A stretch of 64,000 nt of DNA, from the sequence record PZ179883.1; one strand, written 5' to 3'. Source of the DNA: a phage. The notes under the pieces were generated by a model. That model searched no databases. It was given only the letters and a program-made list of their open reading frames with translations, and was not told the origin of the DNA. Below, one piece after another: positions 54,868-64,000 of this stretch. Made by a program: the position numbers and the translations under genes. Every line of letters begins with the position of its first letter. Position 1 is the first letter of the stretch.

Positions 54868-55499
54868 TCAACTACCTCAATATCATACACTTTAAATGTT
54901 CCAAATGAATCGTGTAATTTTTCTTTTGAAATAGAAGTTATTTTATACTTTCCAATTGGAATCATCCATTCTTGTTCACGCACAATCATCATTAAGTTAT
55001 CAGTACGTTCTGAATCTAATCCATCAGTATCTTCATATGTATACTTAAACTCAGTGTTAGGAGAAGAAAGTATAATATCGCTGATATGGTCAGAGTAATT
55101 AAAAGCTTTATCAGTTTTTAAGCGAAATATTATTTCAGTGGAATATTCAACATAAGAAAAACCACATGCTGTGTGCAAACTAGTAGTAAATGAATCTACT
55201 CTGTTCGTTGAAAACACTTCTCCAACTTGTAAATCTTTAATGAGTTCTTTTGTCGATTTTGATATACCACGATATAACTGATAAGGTGATTCAGTTAAAT
55301 GCTTTTTAATGATTTTATTCAACTGCCGATGAAGAGCTTCATTCTTTTTGGCTTCCATACATTGCCAAAGAACTGACTGCTCAAAGTCAGTAAATTTTTC
55401 ACAGACTTTTTTATACATATCATATTGAAAATCGACACTTTCAGCTTTTATAGATAACTGTTCAACATCTGCGAGATTAATAATCATGATAGCCTCCAT
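54864..55499 (-). CDS. modB: ADP-ribosyltransferase ModB
   Basis: Paralog of modA (LYRGI ... STN ... EQEWMIP); true start may be the Met at 55487. Confidence 0.72.
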   Translation of the reverse strand: MEAIMIINLADVEQLSIKAESVDFQYDMYKKVCEKFTDFEQSVLWQCMEAKKNEALHRQLNKIIKKHLTESPYQLYRGISKSTKELIKDLQVGEVFSTNRVDSFTTSLHTACGFSYVEYSTEIIFRLKTDKAFNYSDHISDIILSSPNTEFKYTYEDTDGLDSERTDNLMMIVREQEWMIPIGKYKITSISKEKLHDSFGTFKVYDIEVVE

Positions 55500-55513
55500 A
55501 TACTTCAGAAGCT

Positions 55514-55542
55514 ATCATATCATTGTTAGGAAGGAAAGTAAA
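55514..55542 (-). promoter_or_regulatory. early promoter upstream of modB
   Basis: Minus strand: GTTTACT, 17 nt, TATGAT. Confidence 0.5.
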
Positions 55543-55554
55543 CAACTTTTTGAA

Positions 55555-55737
55555 TTATTTTGCCCAGGGAGCCCAGGGCGGAGGGTCAAGATGGTATGAA
55601 GCTAGTTCTTCTAGAAGAGCATCTGGGGCTTCAATTCCATAATTCTGTAATACTATACGGTACTCTTTCTTATAATCACTAGAATCATTCTGGTTATTCG
55701 TAGAATGATTATCTTCTAACATCTCAAATAAATCCAT
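55555..55737 (-). CDS. hypothetical acidic protein
   Basis: 60-aa ORF. Confidence 0.4.
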   Translation of the reverse strand: MDLFEMLEDNHSTNNQNDSSDYKKEYRIVLQNYGIEAPDALLEELASYHLDPPPWAPWAK

Positions 55738-55745
55738 ATTAATTC

Positions 55746-56216
55746 CTAGCGATAAAAACCAAATTGACGATTAGCTTCAATAATCTTTCTTTCTTCTTCG
55801 GACATTCTCCAGCGTAGTCCAACGTCAAAATGAGCCCAGACCATCTTAACAAATGCATTTATATCTTTAATATCTTCAATAATGAATGTTTTACTTTTCG
55901 AAGGTTGACTCGCTAATTTAACTTTATCATCTTCAAACAGGTCAAAAAGACCATATTCATGAGCTCTTTTATAGCCTTTAATAGTTAAAGCTTCAGAAGA
56001 AGAAAATGGTGAATCAGTATTCTGCAAAATATCTTCAGTATGTTTTATAATTAGAATAACATTTTCTGGATATTTTCTTTCTTTTATATCTTTAATTAAA
56101 ATATCCGGATTTTCTGCTAAAGGAATAATTAATGAGCACTCTTTATCAAGTGTATTTACTGATTTACCTTCTTTAGACATAAATTTTATTGAATAATGTT
56201 TTGCTACTTCAATCAT
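55746..56216 (-). CDS. hypothetical protein
   Basis: 156-aa ORF. Confidence 0.5.
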   Translation of the reverse strand: MIEVAKHYSIKFMSKEGKSVNTLDKECSLIIPLAENPDILIKDIKERKYPENVILIIKHTEDILQNTDSPFSSSEALTIKGYKRAHEYGLFDLFEDDKVKLASQPSKSKTFIIEDIKDINAFVKMVWAHFDVGLRWRMSEEERKIIEANRQFGFYR

Positions 56217-56369
56217 GTGATTTCCTCTTGCCTACTAACGGGCCGTCAGGAATTTTGTTTTCCTGGATATATTTCTCATTTTCTTCCATCATTTTACTAC
56301 CGATTTTAAGAAGCAAATCCAATGCTTCATTTGCTTTAGCCTTGGCCTCTTCTAGCGTCATATCTCTGT

Positions 56370-56573
56370 TCATGATTTATCCCCATAGATGTCTCTCATC
56401 AATTTAAGTACTGAGCGTTCTAATTTCTTTTCTTTCTCAGCACTAATCATTGATTTCATCCATTCTTCCGATTCGTTCTGCATTTCTTTATTTGCTTGTT
56501 CAACCCAACCATCATCAATGTACATTGAGTTTGGTCTATTGAACCATTCAAACATTTTCTTCAGAACTTTCAT
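56370..56573 (-). CDS. hypothetical protein
   Basis: 67-aa ORF. Confidence 0.4.
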   Translation of the reverse strand: MKVLKKMFEWFNRPNSMYIDDGWVEQANKEMQNESEEWMKSMISAEKEKKLERSVLKLMRDIYGDKS

Positions 56574-57045
56574 TTGTTTTACCTAAAACGACAGTAGAAG
56601 CATCGTCAAATTCATGAATTTTTAGCAAATTTGGATGTAAACTATTCCATACAGAAGAAATAAAATATGATAAAGCGTCTTCACTCGCAATTATAAATTT
56701 ATTTCCTTTATCTATTTTCCAACTATATAATGAATCGTACGAATAGAAAGATAAAGGTTTATCATTATATTGTTCTGCGCTAACATTAATGTATTCGGAT
56801 TTAGTAAATGCTTCAATTGCTCTAAATGGAATATTTGGTACAGTTTCAATAATTCCGATCTTTTTAAGTTTTATTTCAGCATCTTCTGGAACTGGCATTG
56901 AAACGAAATTTTCTACGAGATACATTGGGTCACAATAACCCTTATCAATCATTACTGCTACGGTAATTGGAACATCTTTAGCAAATGACATGCTATTACT
57001 GCTAATATACATTTCAAACAAAATCGCTTCCATAATTTTCCTCAA
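56548..57045 (-). CDS. hypothetical protein (mrh region)
   Basis: 165-aa ORF. Confidence 0.45.
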   Translation of the reverse strand: MRKIMEAILFEMYISSNSMSFAKDVPITVAVMIDKGYCDPMYLVENFVSMPVPEDAEIKLKKIGIIETVPNIPFRAIEAFTKSEYINVSAEQYNDKPLSFYSYDSLYSWKIDKGNKFIIASEDALSYFISSVWNSLHPNLLKIHEFDDASTVVLGKTNESSEENV

Positions 57046-57380
57046 TCACAAGATGTAGATGAACAGCTAGAATCACAAGAACTTCCACATGAATCGCCCG
57101 TCCACACATGAACAGGAACATTAGTATCATATGAATCAGAACTAGACTGTGTATTCTGCGTATTAGATGATGTAGGTGTTGACCAACGCCAAGGATTTTT
57201 ATAATATTCCTGGGCTTCTTCATAAGTCATAGTAACTGCTTCTACTGTTCCATCTCCCATATAAACATATTCAACTACAGTTAAAGGAAGGTAGTCATTT
57301 GAAATAGGAACTACACCTTCTCCGGGAGTTGTAGAGAAAAAATCCGTAAAGAAACTTTTAAACCAATTAAAGATAAACAT
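57042..57380 (-). CDS. hypothetical membrane-anchored protein with Cys-rich C-terminal tail
   Basis: Start placed at the ATG overlapping the upstream stop (TAATG); N-terminal hydrophobic helix; C-terminus [15 protein letters not shown]. Confidence 0.45.
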   Translation of the reverse strand: MFIFNWFKSFFTDFFSTTPGEGVVPISNDYLPLTVVEYVYMGDGTVEAVTMTYEEAQEYYKNPWRWSTPTSSNTQNTQSSSDSYDTNVPVHVWTGDSCGSSCDSSCSSTSCD

Positions 57381-57592
57381 TACAAAAAGCCTCTTTGAAA
57401 TTCGACTCTTTGAAATCCACCCCAATCAGTGTATCGCATTTCAGCATTGAACTCGACTGAACCATCTGCATGCATCATGAATGAATGCGTGACGATATCA
57501 CAATCCCAGCTTTTCATACCCCATTTATCAGAGATAGCTTTATCAAGAACCTTCTGGAGGTCTTCATTTGGTTTAATCCAGCGATTTAACAT
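57380..57592 (-). CDS. hypothetical protein
   Basis: 70-aa ORF. Confidence 0.45.
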   Translation of the reverse strand: MLNRWIKPNEDLQKVLDKAISDKWGMKSWDCDIVTHSFMMHADGSVEFNAEMRYTDWGGFQRVEFQRGFL

Positions 57593-57658
57593 AGTGCTCT
57601 CCTCTATAAGATAATTTTATTATACCATACTCATTTTGGAAAGTAAACCGGTAAAATG

Positions 57659-57682
57659 AAAAAAGGACTCCCGAAGGAGTCC
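57659..57682 (-). terminator. rho-independent terminator downstream of soc
   Basis: Same 18-nt hairpin as at 4388..4405 (GGACUCC-UUCG-GGAGUCC) followed by a U-tract. Confidence 0.6.
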
Positions 57683-57688
57683 TTGAAT

Positions 57689-57934
57689 TTATTCACCAGT
57701 TACTTTCCACAAATCTTCGTTTGCAGTAATCCATTCAGTACGTTGATTTTCTTCATATACTGTAGAATATGCTGCTTTTTCTGAAGGGAATATCTGATAA
57801 TGAGCGCCAGAAATTTTGTGAACGTCAGAATAAAGAGGGAAAGCTACAGAAATTTCCTTTCCTTCAATTTTCTTATTTCCATCTAATTTTTGCTCAAATG
57901 TTTTAATATTAACATAACCGCGAGTACTAGCCAT
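57689..57934 (-). CDS. soc: small outer capsid protein Soc
   Basis: 81-aa ORF MASTRGYVNIKTFEQKLDGNKKIEGKEISVAFPLYSDVHK... matches T4 Soc; late promoter upstream, terminator downstream. Confidence 0.9.
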   Translation of the reverse strand: MASTRGYVNIKTFEQKLDGNKKIEGKEISVAFPLYSDVHKISGAHYQIFPSEKAAYSTVYEENQRTEWITANEDLWKVTGE

Positions 57935-57949
57935 GTAATTCTCCTTTAT

Positions 57950-58159
57950 TTAAATTACATGACTATTTATAATAAATTCTTGCGGAACGTTAAAATACCC
58001 AATTTTAGTTAATATAACAACATCACCGTTAATAATTACCGGAGAATAATCGGCTGGAGCATTAAACTTCCAATGAGCTCTAATATTATATCCATCAGAA
58101 CCAAATGCTCAACTAGCCGGTCTCCCGGCTTTTTGCCATGCATAAAAATCAAATTTCAT
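57950..58159 (-). pseudogene. 68-codon ORF interrupted by an in-frame TGA (possible pseudogene or recoding site)
   Basis: Hand translation: MKFDFYAWQKAGRPAS-TGA-AFGSDGYNIRAHWKFNAPADYSPVIINGDVVVILTKIGYFNVPQEFIINSHVI; no Met after the stop. Confidence 0.35.
57963..57970 (-). promoter_or_regulatory. late promoter TATAAATA for soc
   Basis: Minus-strand TATAAATA about 29 nt upstream of the soc ATG. Confidence 0.6.
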
Positions 58160-58356
58160 TTTGAATGCTCTATAATTAATTTTAAGGCTTCTTCATGCAC
58201 CTTACCTAATTGTATATGTCCAGTTTTAATTGTGTAAGCTTTGTGGAGCTGATTAGATAGGAGCTCGTATGTGAGCTCCTTGTCATAATTTTTAAATAGC
58301 TGGTCAATACGTTTCTTGTGGGCTTTCTTAAGTTGACGTTTATTTAAACGAGCCAT
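58156..58356 (-). CDS. hypothetical basic protein
   Basis: 66-aa Lys-rich ORF immediately downstream of gene 56. Confidence 0.45.
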   Translation of the reverse strand: MARLNKRQLKKAHKKRIDQLFKNYDKELTYELLSNQLHKAYTIKTGHIQLGKVHEEALKLIIEHSK

Positions 58357-58871
58357 TAATAACCTCGGTCTTGACGAGCGAAGTTTTCAGCATTTTTCAG
58401 ATAATAAAGTTTAAAGATTTCTTCAGCCGTAAGACCGAGACCTTGGAACATGTTCAGAACGAAATGAAGAATATCAATCATTTCGAATTTAATTTCCAAC
58501 TGGTCTTGTGGAGACAAATCAGTAATCAGAGTTTCACGACGTTCACCATGCTGCGACTTCCAAGGCTTCCATACAGCAGATGCATCTTTTTCACCATTGC
58601 TCATACCACCAAGAGAAGTCAGAAGTTCACGGAATTCATCATCAATGTAATCTTTCTGATTACGCAGCCAATCAACAACTTCACCCGCAGTAGCCAAATC
58701 ATCAGGATGACGGTTATATTCAGGTTTATCTTTAGCTAAACGAACCTGTAGAGATTTCTGCATATCAAGCATAACCTGCAGCGGGTCTTTTTCATCACCG
58801 AGAATATCCCAGTATTCATTTTGAGCTTTATCAGCGCCTTCGATCAGTTGACTACATTCGTTAAAGTAAGC
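58356..58871 (-). CDS. 56: dCTPase/dUTPase gp56 (MazG-like)
   Basis: Start at MAYFNECSQLIEG with AAGGA RBS; matches T4 gp56. Confidence 0.85.
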   Translation of the reverse strand, partial: AYFNECSQLIEGADKAQNEYWDILGDEKDPLQVMLDMQKSLQVRLAKDKPEYNRHPDDLATAGEVVDWLRNQKDYIDDEFRELLTSLGGMSNGEKDASAVWKPWKSQHGERRETLITDLSPQDQLEIKFEMIDILHFVLNMFQGLGLTAEEIFKLYYLKNAENFARQDRGY

Positions 58872-58934
58872 CATTATTTTTCCTTTCAATTCATTAATAA
58901 GTTAAATAATTATATCATTTGAGTATGTAAGCAA

Positions 58935-60274
<1,340 letters not shown>

Positions 60275-60302
60275 TATATCATCCTCAGCAATTTATTTTA
60301 TA

Positions 60303-60331
60303 ATACCATAACAAGCTGAGAAAGTAAACAA
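60303..60331 (-). promoter_or_regulatory. early promoter upstream of the 186-aa nuclease-like ORF
   Basis: Minus strand: GTTTACT, 17 nt, TGGTATTAT. Confidence 0.5.
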
Positions 60332-60373
60332 ATTTATGAAATTTGTGATAAATATTAATTTAAAGGAGGACAT

Positions 60374-60574
60374 ATGGCACAAAAATTAATGGCACTTGTT
60401 AATGCCATCAAAGGTAATAAGAAACGTATAGCTTTTACTATTTCTGCTATGGTAGGAATTTTACTCTGGAACTTTATTTTATCACCAATTGCAATTGCGC
60501 ATGGTGTTAATATTCCAGTAGTTACTCTTGATACATTCGTAGATCTAGCATTTGCTTTAGTTGGGTTAATTTAA
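60374..60574 (+). CDS. small membrane protein (plus strand)
   Basis: 66-aa ORF with AAGGAGG 4 nt before the ATG; two hydrophobic helices; convergent with gene 61 and overlapping it by 4 nt. Confidence 0.4.
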   Translation: MAQKLMALVNAIKGNKKRIAFTISAMVGILLWNFILSPIAIAHGVNIPVVTLDTFVDLAFALVGLI

Positions 60575-61599
60575 ATCTTGGCATATTTAGATAACCGCAT
60601 TTTAGCCATCAACCCTTGGGCAATATTATTTTTCATATATTCCATAATTTGTTCAGGGGTTGCACCTTCCTTTCTAATCATATCATTAACATCTTTTGAT
60701 TTCCAGGGAGATTTATCCCAAAACATAACCCTTTCTCCTGCATCAACTAATTTAGTCATTCGCTTGATAGTGTCAGGGTGACGAGGTTCATTATCTAAAA
60801 CCCACACTCGTCTATCTTTAAATGGAACAACTTCTAGGTCTAATTGACCACCCGTAATAGCTATACCATTTTCAATAAAAAGTGAATCTATAGGTCCTTC
60901 TAGAACATATACATCGCCATCTTTAACTCGTTCGACTCCATATATTTTTGTTGCCTCAGGATAAGCTTTAATGGTGATATATTTTTGAGGAGCATCTTTC
61001 TTTAATGCACGTCCTTGAAAAGACTCAGCTTTTCCATTAGCATTATAAATTGGAATAACAAGACGAGGCTCAGAAATTTCCTTTTTGTATGTTCCCGGTG
61101 CTATGCTATTAACTAATTTAGGCCATTCAGTTGTAAACCAAAGATATTTCCATTTATCCTTTGGAATACAACGAGCTTTTACGTATTTTATAATTGGATG
61201 GTCTTCCGCCAGTTTATCTAATCTAACACATGACGGAAGAGATTTAATTATTTTCTTCTCAGGATGTTTAGGAAGTTCTTTAGGTTTTTCTACTGGACGA
61301 CTTTTACCTTTTTCTTTTCTTATTTCAAAGATATACTCACGATATAAATCAGGTTCAAACTCCTTTAAATATATTCCTATTGGTGCATGATAGTTACAGT
61401 TATAACAATGAATATTTCCTTCATTATTATCACCATAATACCATCCACGAGCTTTATTCTGGTCGGTTTTTGAATCTCCACAAACAGGGCATCTAAACCG
61501 CAATTTAAAAGTTGAACTATTATTTACTTGTGTGAATTTAGGTAAATGAGCTAATGCACGATACGCAAACTCATTATCAATCCAAGGTATTGATGACAT
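60571..61599 (-). CDS. 61: DNA primase gp61
   Basis: 342-aa ORF with zinc ribbon (CPVC ... CYNC) and TOPRIM domain; matches T4 gp61. Confidence 0.92.
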   Translation of the reverse strand: MSSIPWIDNEFAYRALAHLPKFTQVNNSSTFKLRFRCPVCGDSKTDQNKARGWYYGDNNEGNIHCYNCNYHAPIGIYLKEFEPDLYREYIFEIRKEKGKSRPVEKPKELPKHPEKKIIKSLPSCVRLDKLAEDHPIIKYVKARCIPKDKWKYLWFTTEWPKLVNSIAPGTYKKEISEPRLVIPIYNANGKAESFQGRALKKDAPQKYITIKAYPEATKIYGVERVKDGDVYVLEGPIDSLFIENGIAITGGQLDLEVVPFKDRRVWVLDNEPRHPDTIKRMTKLVDAGERVMFWDKSPWKSKDVNDMIRKEGATPEQIMEYMKNNIAQGLMAKMRLSKYAKI

Positions 61600-61765
61600 T
61601 TTTACTCTTCTTTTTCTTTAGATTCCTCTTTTTCTTTTTAGGAATCTGTTCAGGACCTTTATTTACTACAGCACCTGATGTTGTTCCAGTAGAGATATTT
61701 TCAGGATTACCACCTGAATCTCCAGCAACCATATCTTCTTTAATAAATTCTTTATATGTTTTCAT
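61577..61765 (-). CDS. hypothetical protein (61.1 position)
   Basis: 62-aa ORF with a Lys-rich tail. Confidence 0.45.
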   Translation of the reverse strand: MKTYKEFIKEDMVAGDSGGNPENISTGTTSGAVVNKGPEQIPKKKKRNLKKKKSKNVINTLD

Positions 61766-61766
61766 A

Positions 61767-62123
61767 TTAACCTCTATTCATAAAAGCATTAAAAATTTGG
61801 TCATCAATAGATGGAATAGCAACCTTTTCGGCATCATTTAGCAAATCATTAATTTCATCAGATAGCATAACACATGTGCCTTTATTTCCTGTAATTGTTA
61901 CTGCACAATTACGAACGTTTTCTTTATCAAATTTTAGGTTAATATTTTCGTAGTGAAAATCCTTTAATGCCGAGTATATCTTTAAAATGAAATTGTCTTT
62001 TACTACAATAAACCCAACTTCACTATTAAAACGTGGTTCATGGAAACTGTAATAAACCTTTTCATCTATGAAATCGTATGAAATTTTTTCCATTTTTAAA
62101 TATGAAAATTCAGAACTATACAT
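61767..62123 (-). CDS. hypothetical protein (61.2 position)
   Basis: 118-aa ORF. Confidence 0.45.
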   Translation of the reverse strand: MYSSEFSYLKMEKISYDFIDEKVYYSFHEPRFNSEVGFIVVKDNFILKIYSALKDFHYENINLKFDKENVRNCAVTITGNKGTCVMLSDEINDLLNDAEKVAIPSIDDQIFNAFMNRG

Positions 62124-62135
62124 ATTAACCTCTAA

Positions 62136-62429
62136 TTACTCACCTACCACTTCAGCGATGATATTTTTATTATTAAAGTTTTTATCGCAATACAGAACAT
62201 AATTATACTGCATTACACCACCAGACTTAAGCTGTTTTTGCACTTCAGCTTTCATTTCGGGGCGATCGCGCTCAACGATATTCATAATATCTGCTTCAAT
62301 TTGAGTTTCAACTTCAGTCTGATCTGCGGTCATAGACCATTCACATAAATCTTTATCATATCCTGCCATAGCAGGCTGAGCAGCACAAGAAGACAAAGTA
62401 AAAATTGTAGCAAAAATAAATTTTTTCAT
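62136..62429 (-). CDS. sp: Spackle periplasmic protein (inhibitor of gp5 lysozyme, superinfection exclusion)
   Basis: 97-aa ORF with signal peptide MKKFIFATIFTLSSCAAQPAMA; matches T4 Sp. Confidence 0.82.
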   Translation of the reverse strand: MKKFIFATIFTLSSCAAQPAMAGYDKDLCEWSMTADQTEVETQIEADIMNIVERDRPEMKAEVQKQLKSGGVMQYNYVLYCDKNFNNKNIIAEVVGE

Positions 62430-62489
62430 GATAATCTCCTCAGTAGTTTATGTTTATATAGTATCTCAATTTCCAACAAAAGTAAACAG

Positions 62490-62747
62490 CTATTTTAAAA
62501 CTTCTGCATAATCACATGTTACAAACTGTTTCTCTAACTTGACGATTTTACGAAAATACCTTTTACACTGACGAATCTGCCTCTTCGTAGGACGTACAGC
62601 AAACTTAATAAATTCCACTCGACCAAATGGAGGACTTTCTTCTGCTGGAATATCTAGCACCAATTCCCACGTATCTGCAATAAGTGCTTTGAATTGAGTA
62701 TTTTTCCTGACGTTATACGGAGTAGGTTTAAATAAAACAATATGCAT
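62490..62747 (-). CDS. hypothetical protein (61.4 position)
   Basis: 85-aa ORF. Confidence 0.45.
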   Translation of the reverse strand: MHIVLFKPTPYNVRKNTQFKALIADTWELVLDIPAEESPPFGRVEFIKFAVRPTKRQIRQCKRYFRKIVKLEKQFVTCDYAEVLK

Positions 62748-62748
62748 A

Positions 62749-62931
62749 TTATCCTCGGCAATCTACTTCACATACTTTCTTGTCATCAATGAAAGCTTTA
62801 ACTAATGCTTTATTAACTTCAGCATATTGAGTAGTAGCCCATTGAACGTCATCTTTCATCATTGTGGTTTCTTTAGTAAACATGCTTTCATTCTTAAACC
62901 ACCCCATAAAAACTACCTTTACCAATTCCAT
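62749..62931 (-). CDS. dmd: Dmd antitoxin (inhibitor of host RnlA/LsoA toxins)
   Basis: 60-aa ORF MELVKVVFMGWFKNESMFTKE... matches T4 Dmd in length and sequence. Confidence 0.82.
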   Translation of the reverse strand: MELVKVVFMGWFKNESMFTKETTMMKDDVQWATTQYAEVNKALVKAFIDDKKVCEVDCRG

Positions 62932-62989
62932 AACAATCTCCTCATTTAACCAACAAGACTACTATACCATAGTCTTGTCAGCTTGTAAA

Positions 62990-64000
62990 CTAAAATTTTA
63001 ATTCATTTGCCAAAGCATCTAACTGAGCTCGAGTGGATTCATTTCTTTGATAGCGATTCTGCTCAGCTTGTATCTGTTGTGAACCTGCTACCTCACTCAC
63101 TTCAGTTGGAGTAGAATCTTGTTCAATTTCTACCCATTTCTGATTTCCTTTTTGAACACCCATCAAAAACTTATTCCATTTATTCTTATCACCATATCGT
63201 GATTTGATTTGCTTAATAAGTTGTTGTTCAGCAGCTGCTAACTCCTCGGTTTCAATGACCGCAAGCATAAAATCAGCTGTTGCTGGAAGACCGGCAGATT
63301 CTGCAATATCGCTCATGTTAACATCAGAAGAATCCCAAGCTTGTTTACCAACCTGTGCTGCAGTCCAAAGAACAGTTTCGGTTTCAACAGCAAGAGCACG
63401 TAATTCCTCTGCAATGGCTTTAACAGTTGTGTAACTATTTTCTGAGTAAACTCTAATGCGGCAAGATTTACAAATACCCAGATAGTCGACAATAATGATT
63501 GTTGGAACAAAATTCTTCTTGAGCTTTAATTCGTTTAAAAGCGATCGAAATGTATTAGCATCTGCTCCACCAGTAGGATACTGTTTAACTATTAAACGAC
63601 CGAGAGTAGATTTCTCGCGCCATTTTTCCATTTTTCCTTTATACTCAGCGTAAGAAATATGCCCGTCATCAATGTCATCAAGAGAAACATCAAGCATATT
63701 AGCATCAATACGCTTAGCACAGACTTCTTCTGCCATTTCCATGGAAATGTAAAGAACGTTATGACCAAGCTGTAAATAATCTGCTGCTAATGAACAAAGT
63801 CCTAATGATTTACCAACGTTAACACCAGCCATTAAAACGTTCAGTGTTCCAGTTTCAGCTCCGCCTTTAGTAATTTTATTTAGAATTTTGAGTTTAAATG
63901 GAACCTTACGGGCTTTATTCATATAAGATAGCCAACGTGCTTCATAGTCATCCATCCAATCATGACCAACGTAACTATCAAATGAAATTGATAATGCTTG
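62990..64000 (-). CDS. 41: replicative DNA helicase gp41, C-terminal ~337 codons (5' end lies beyond the window end)
   Basis: Minus frame is open from the window edge (…QALSISFDSYVGHDWMDDYEARW…); DnaB-family Walker A GVNVGKS. Confidence 0.88.
   Translation of the reverse strand, partial: QALSISFDSYVGHDWMDDYEARWLSYMNKARKVPFKLKILNKITKGGAETGTLNVLMAGVNVGKSLGLCSLAADYLQLGHNVLYISMEMAEEVCAKRIDANMLDVSLDDIDDGHISYAEYKGKMEKWREKSTLGRLIVKQYPTGGADANTFRSLLNELKLKKNFVPTIIIVDYLGICKSCRIRVYSENSYTTVKAIAEELRALAVETETVLWTAAQVGKQAWDSSDVNMSDIAESAGLPATADFMLAVIETEELAAAEQQLIKQIKSRYGDKNKWNKFLMGVQKGNQKWVEIEQDSTPTEVSEVAGSQQIQAEQNRYQRNESTRAQLDALANELKF

Overview
This window reads as a contiguous segment of a T-even (T4-like, Tequatrovirus-type) coliphage genome, running from the 5' part of DNA ligase gene 30 at the left edge to the 3' part of helicase gene 41 at the right edge. 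Gene identities were assigned by recalling T4 protein sequences and gene order from memory; no database search was run. Almost everything is on the minus strand (early and middle genes) except the late long-tail-fibre and holin block 34-35-36-37-38-t on the plus strand (23861..34169). Recognised genes include 30, rIII, 31, cd, pseT, alc, rnlA(63), denA, nrdB, nrdA, td (split by a 1016-nt group I intron carrying I-TevI), frd, 32, 59, 33, dsbA, rnh, asiA, arn, motA, 52, ac, stp, ndd, denB, rIIB, rIIA, 39, dexA, dda, modA/modB, soc, 56, dam, 61, sp and dmd, separated by many small ORFs of unknown function. The genome is T2/T6-like rather than T4 itself: gene 39 is one uninterrupted 605-606 codon ORF, nrdB has no intron, no free-standing seg/mob homing-endonuclease genes sit at the T4 positions, gp38 is the long glycine-rich adhesin type, and gp37 ends in a chaperone-like C-terminal domain. 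A 29-bp early-promoter motif recurs at least 13 times on the minus strand, and UUCG-tetraloop hairpins recur between genes. I found no clearly novel multi-gene system. The best candidates for follow-up are a nuclease-like ORF with a convergent membrane ORF between dam and gene 61, an ORF between soc and 56 interrupted by an in-frame TGA, an apparently antisense middle-promoter-like site next to modA, and clusters of small hydrophobic peptide ORFs.
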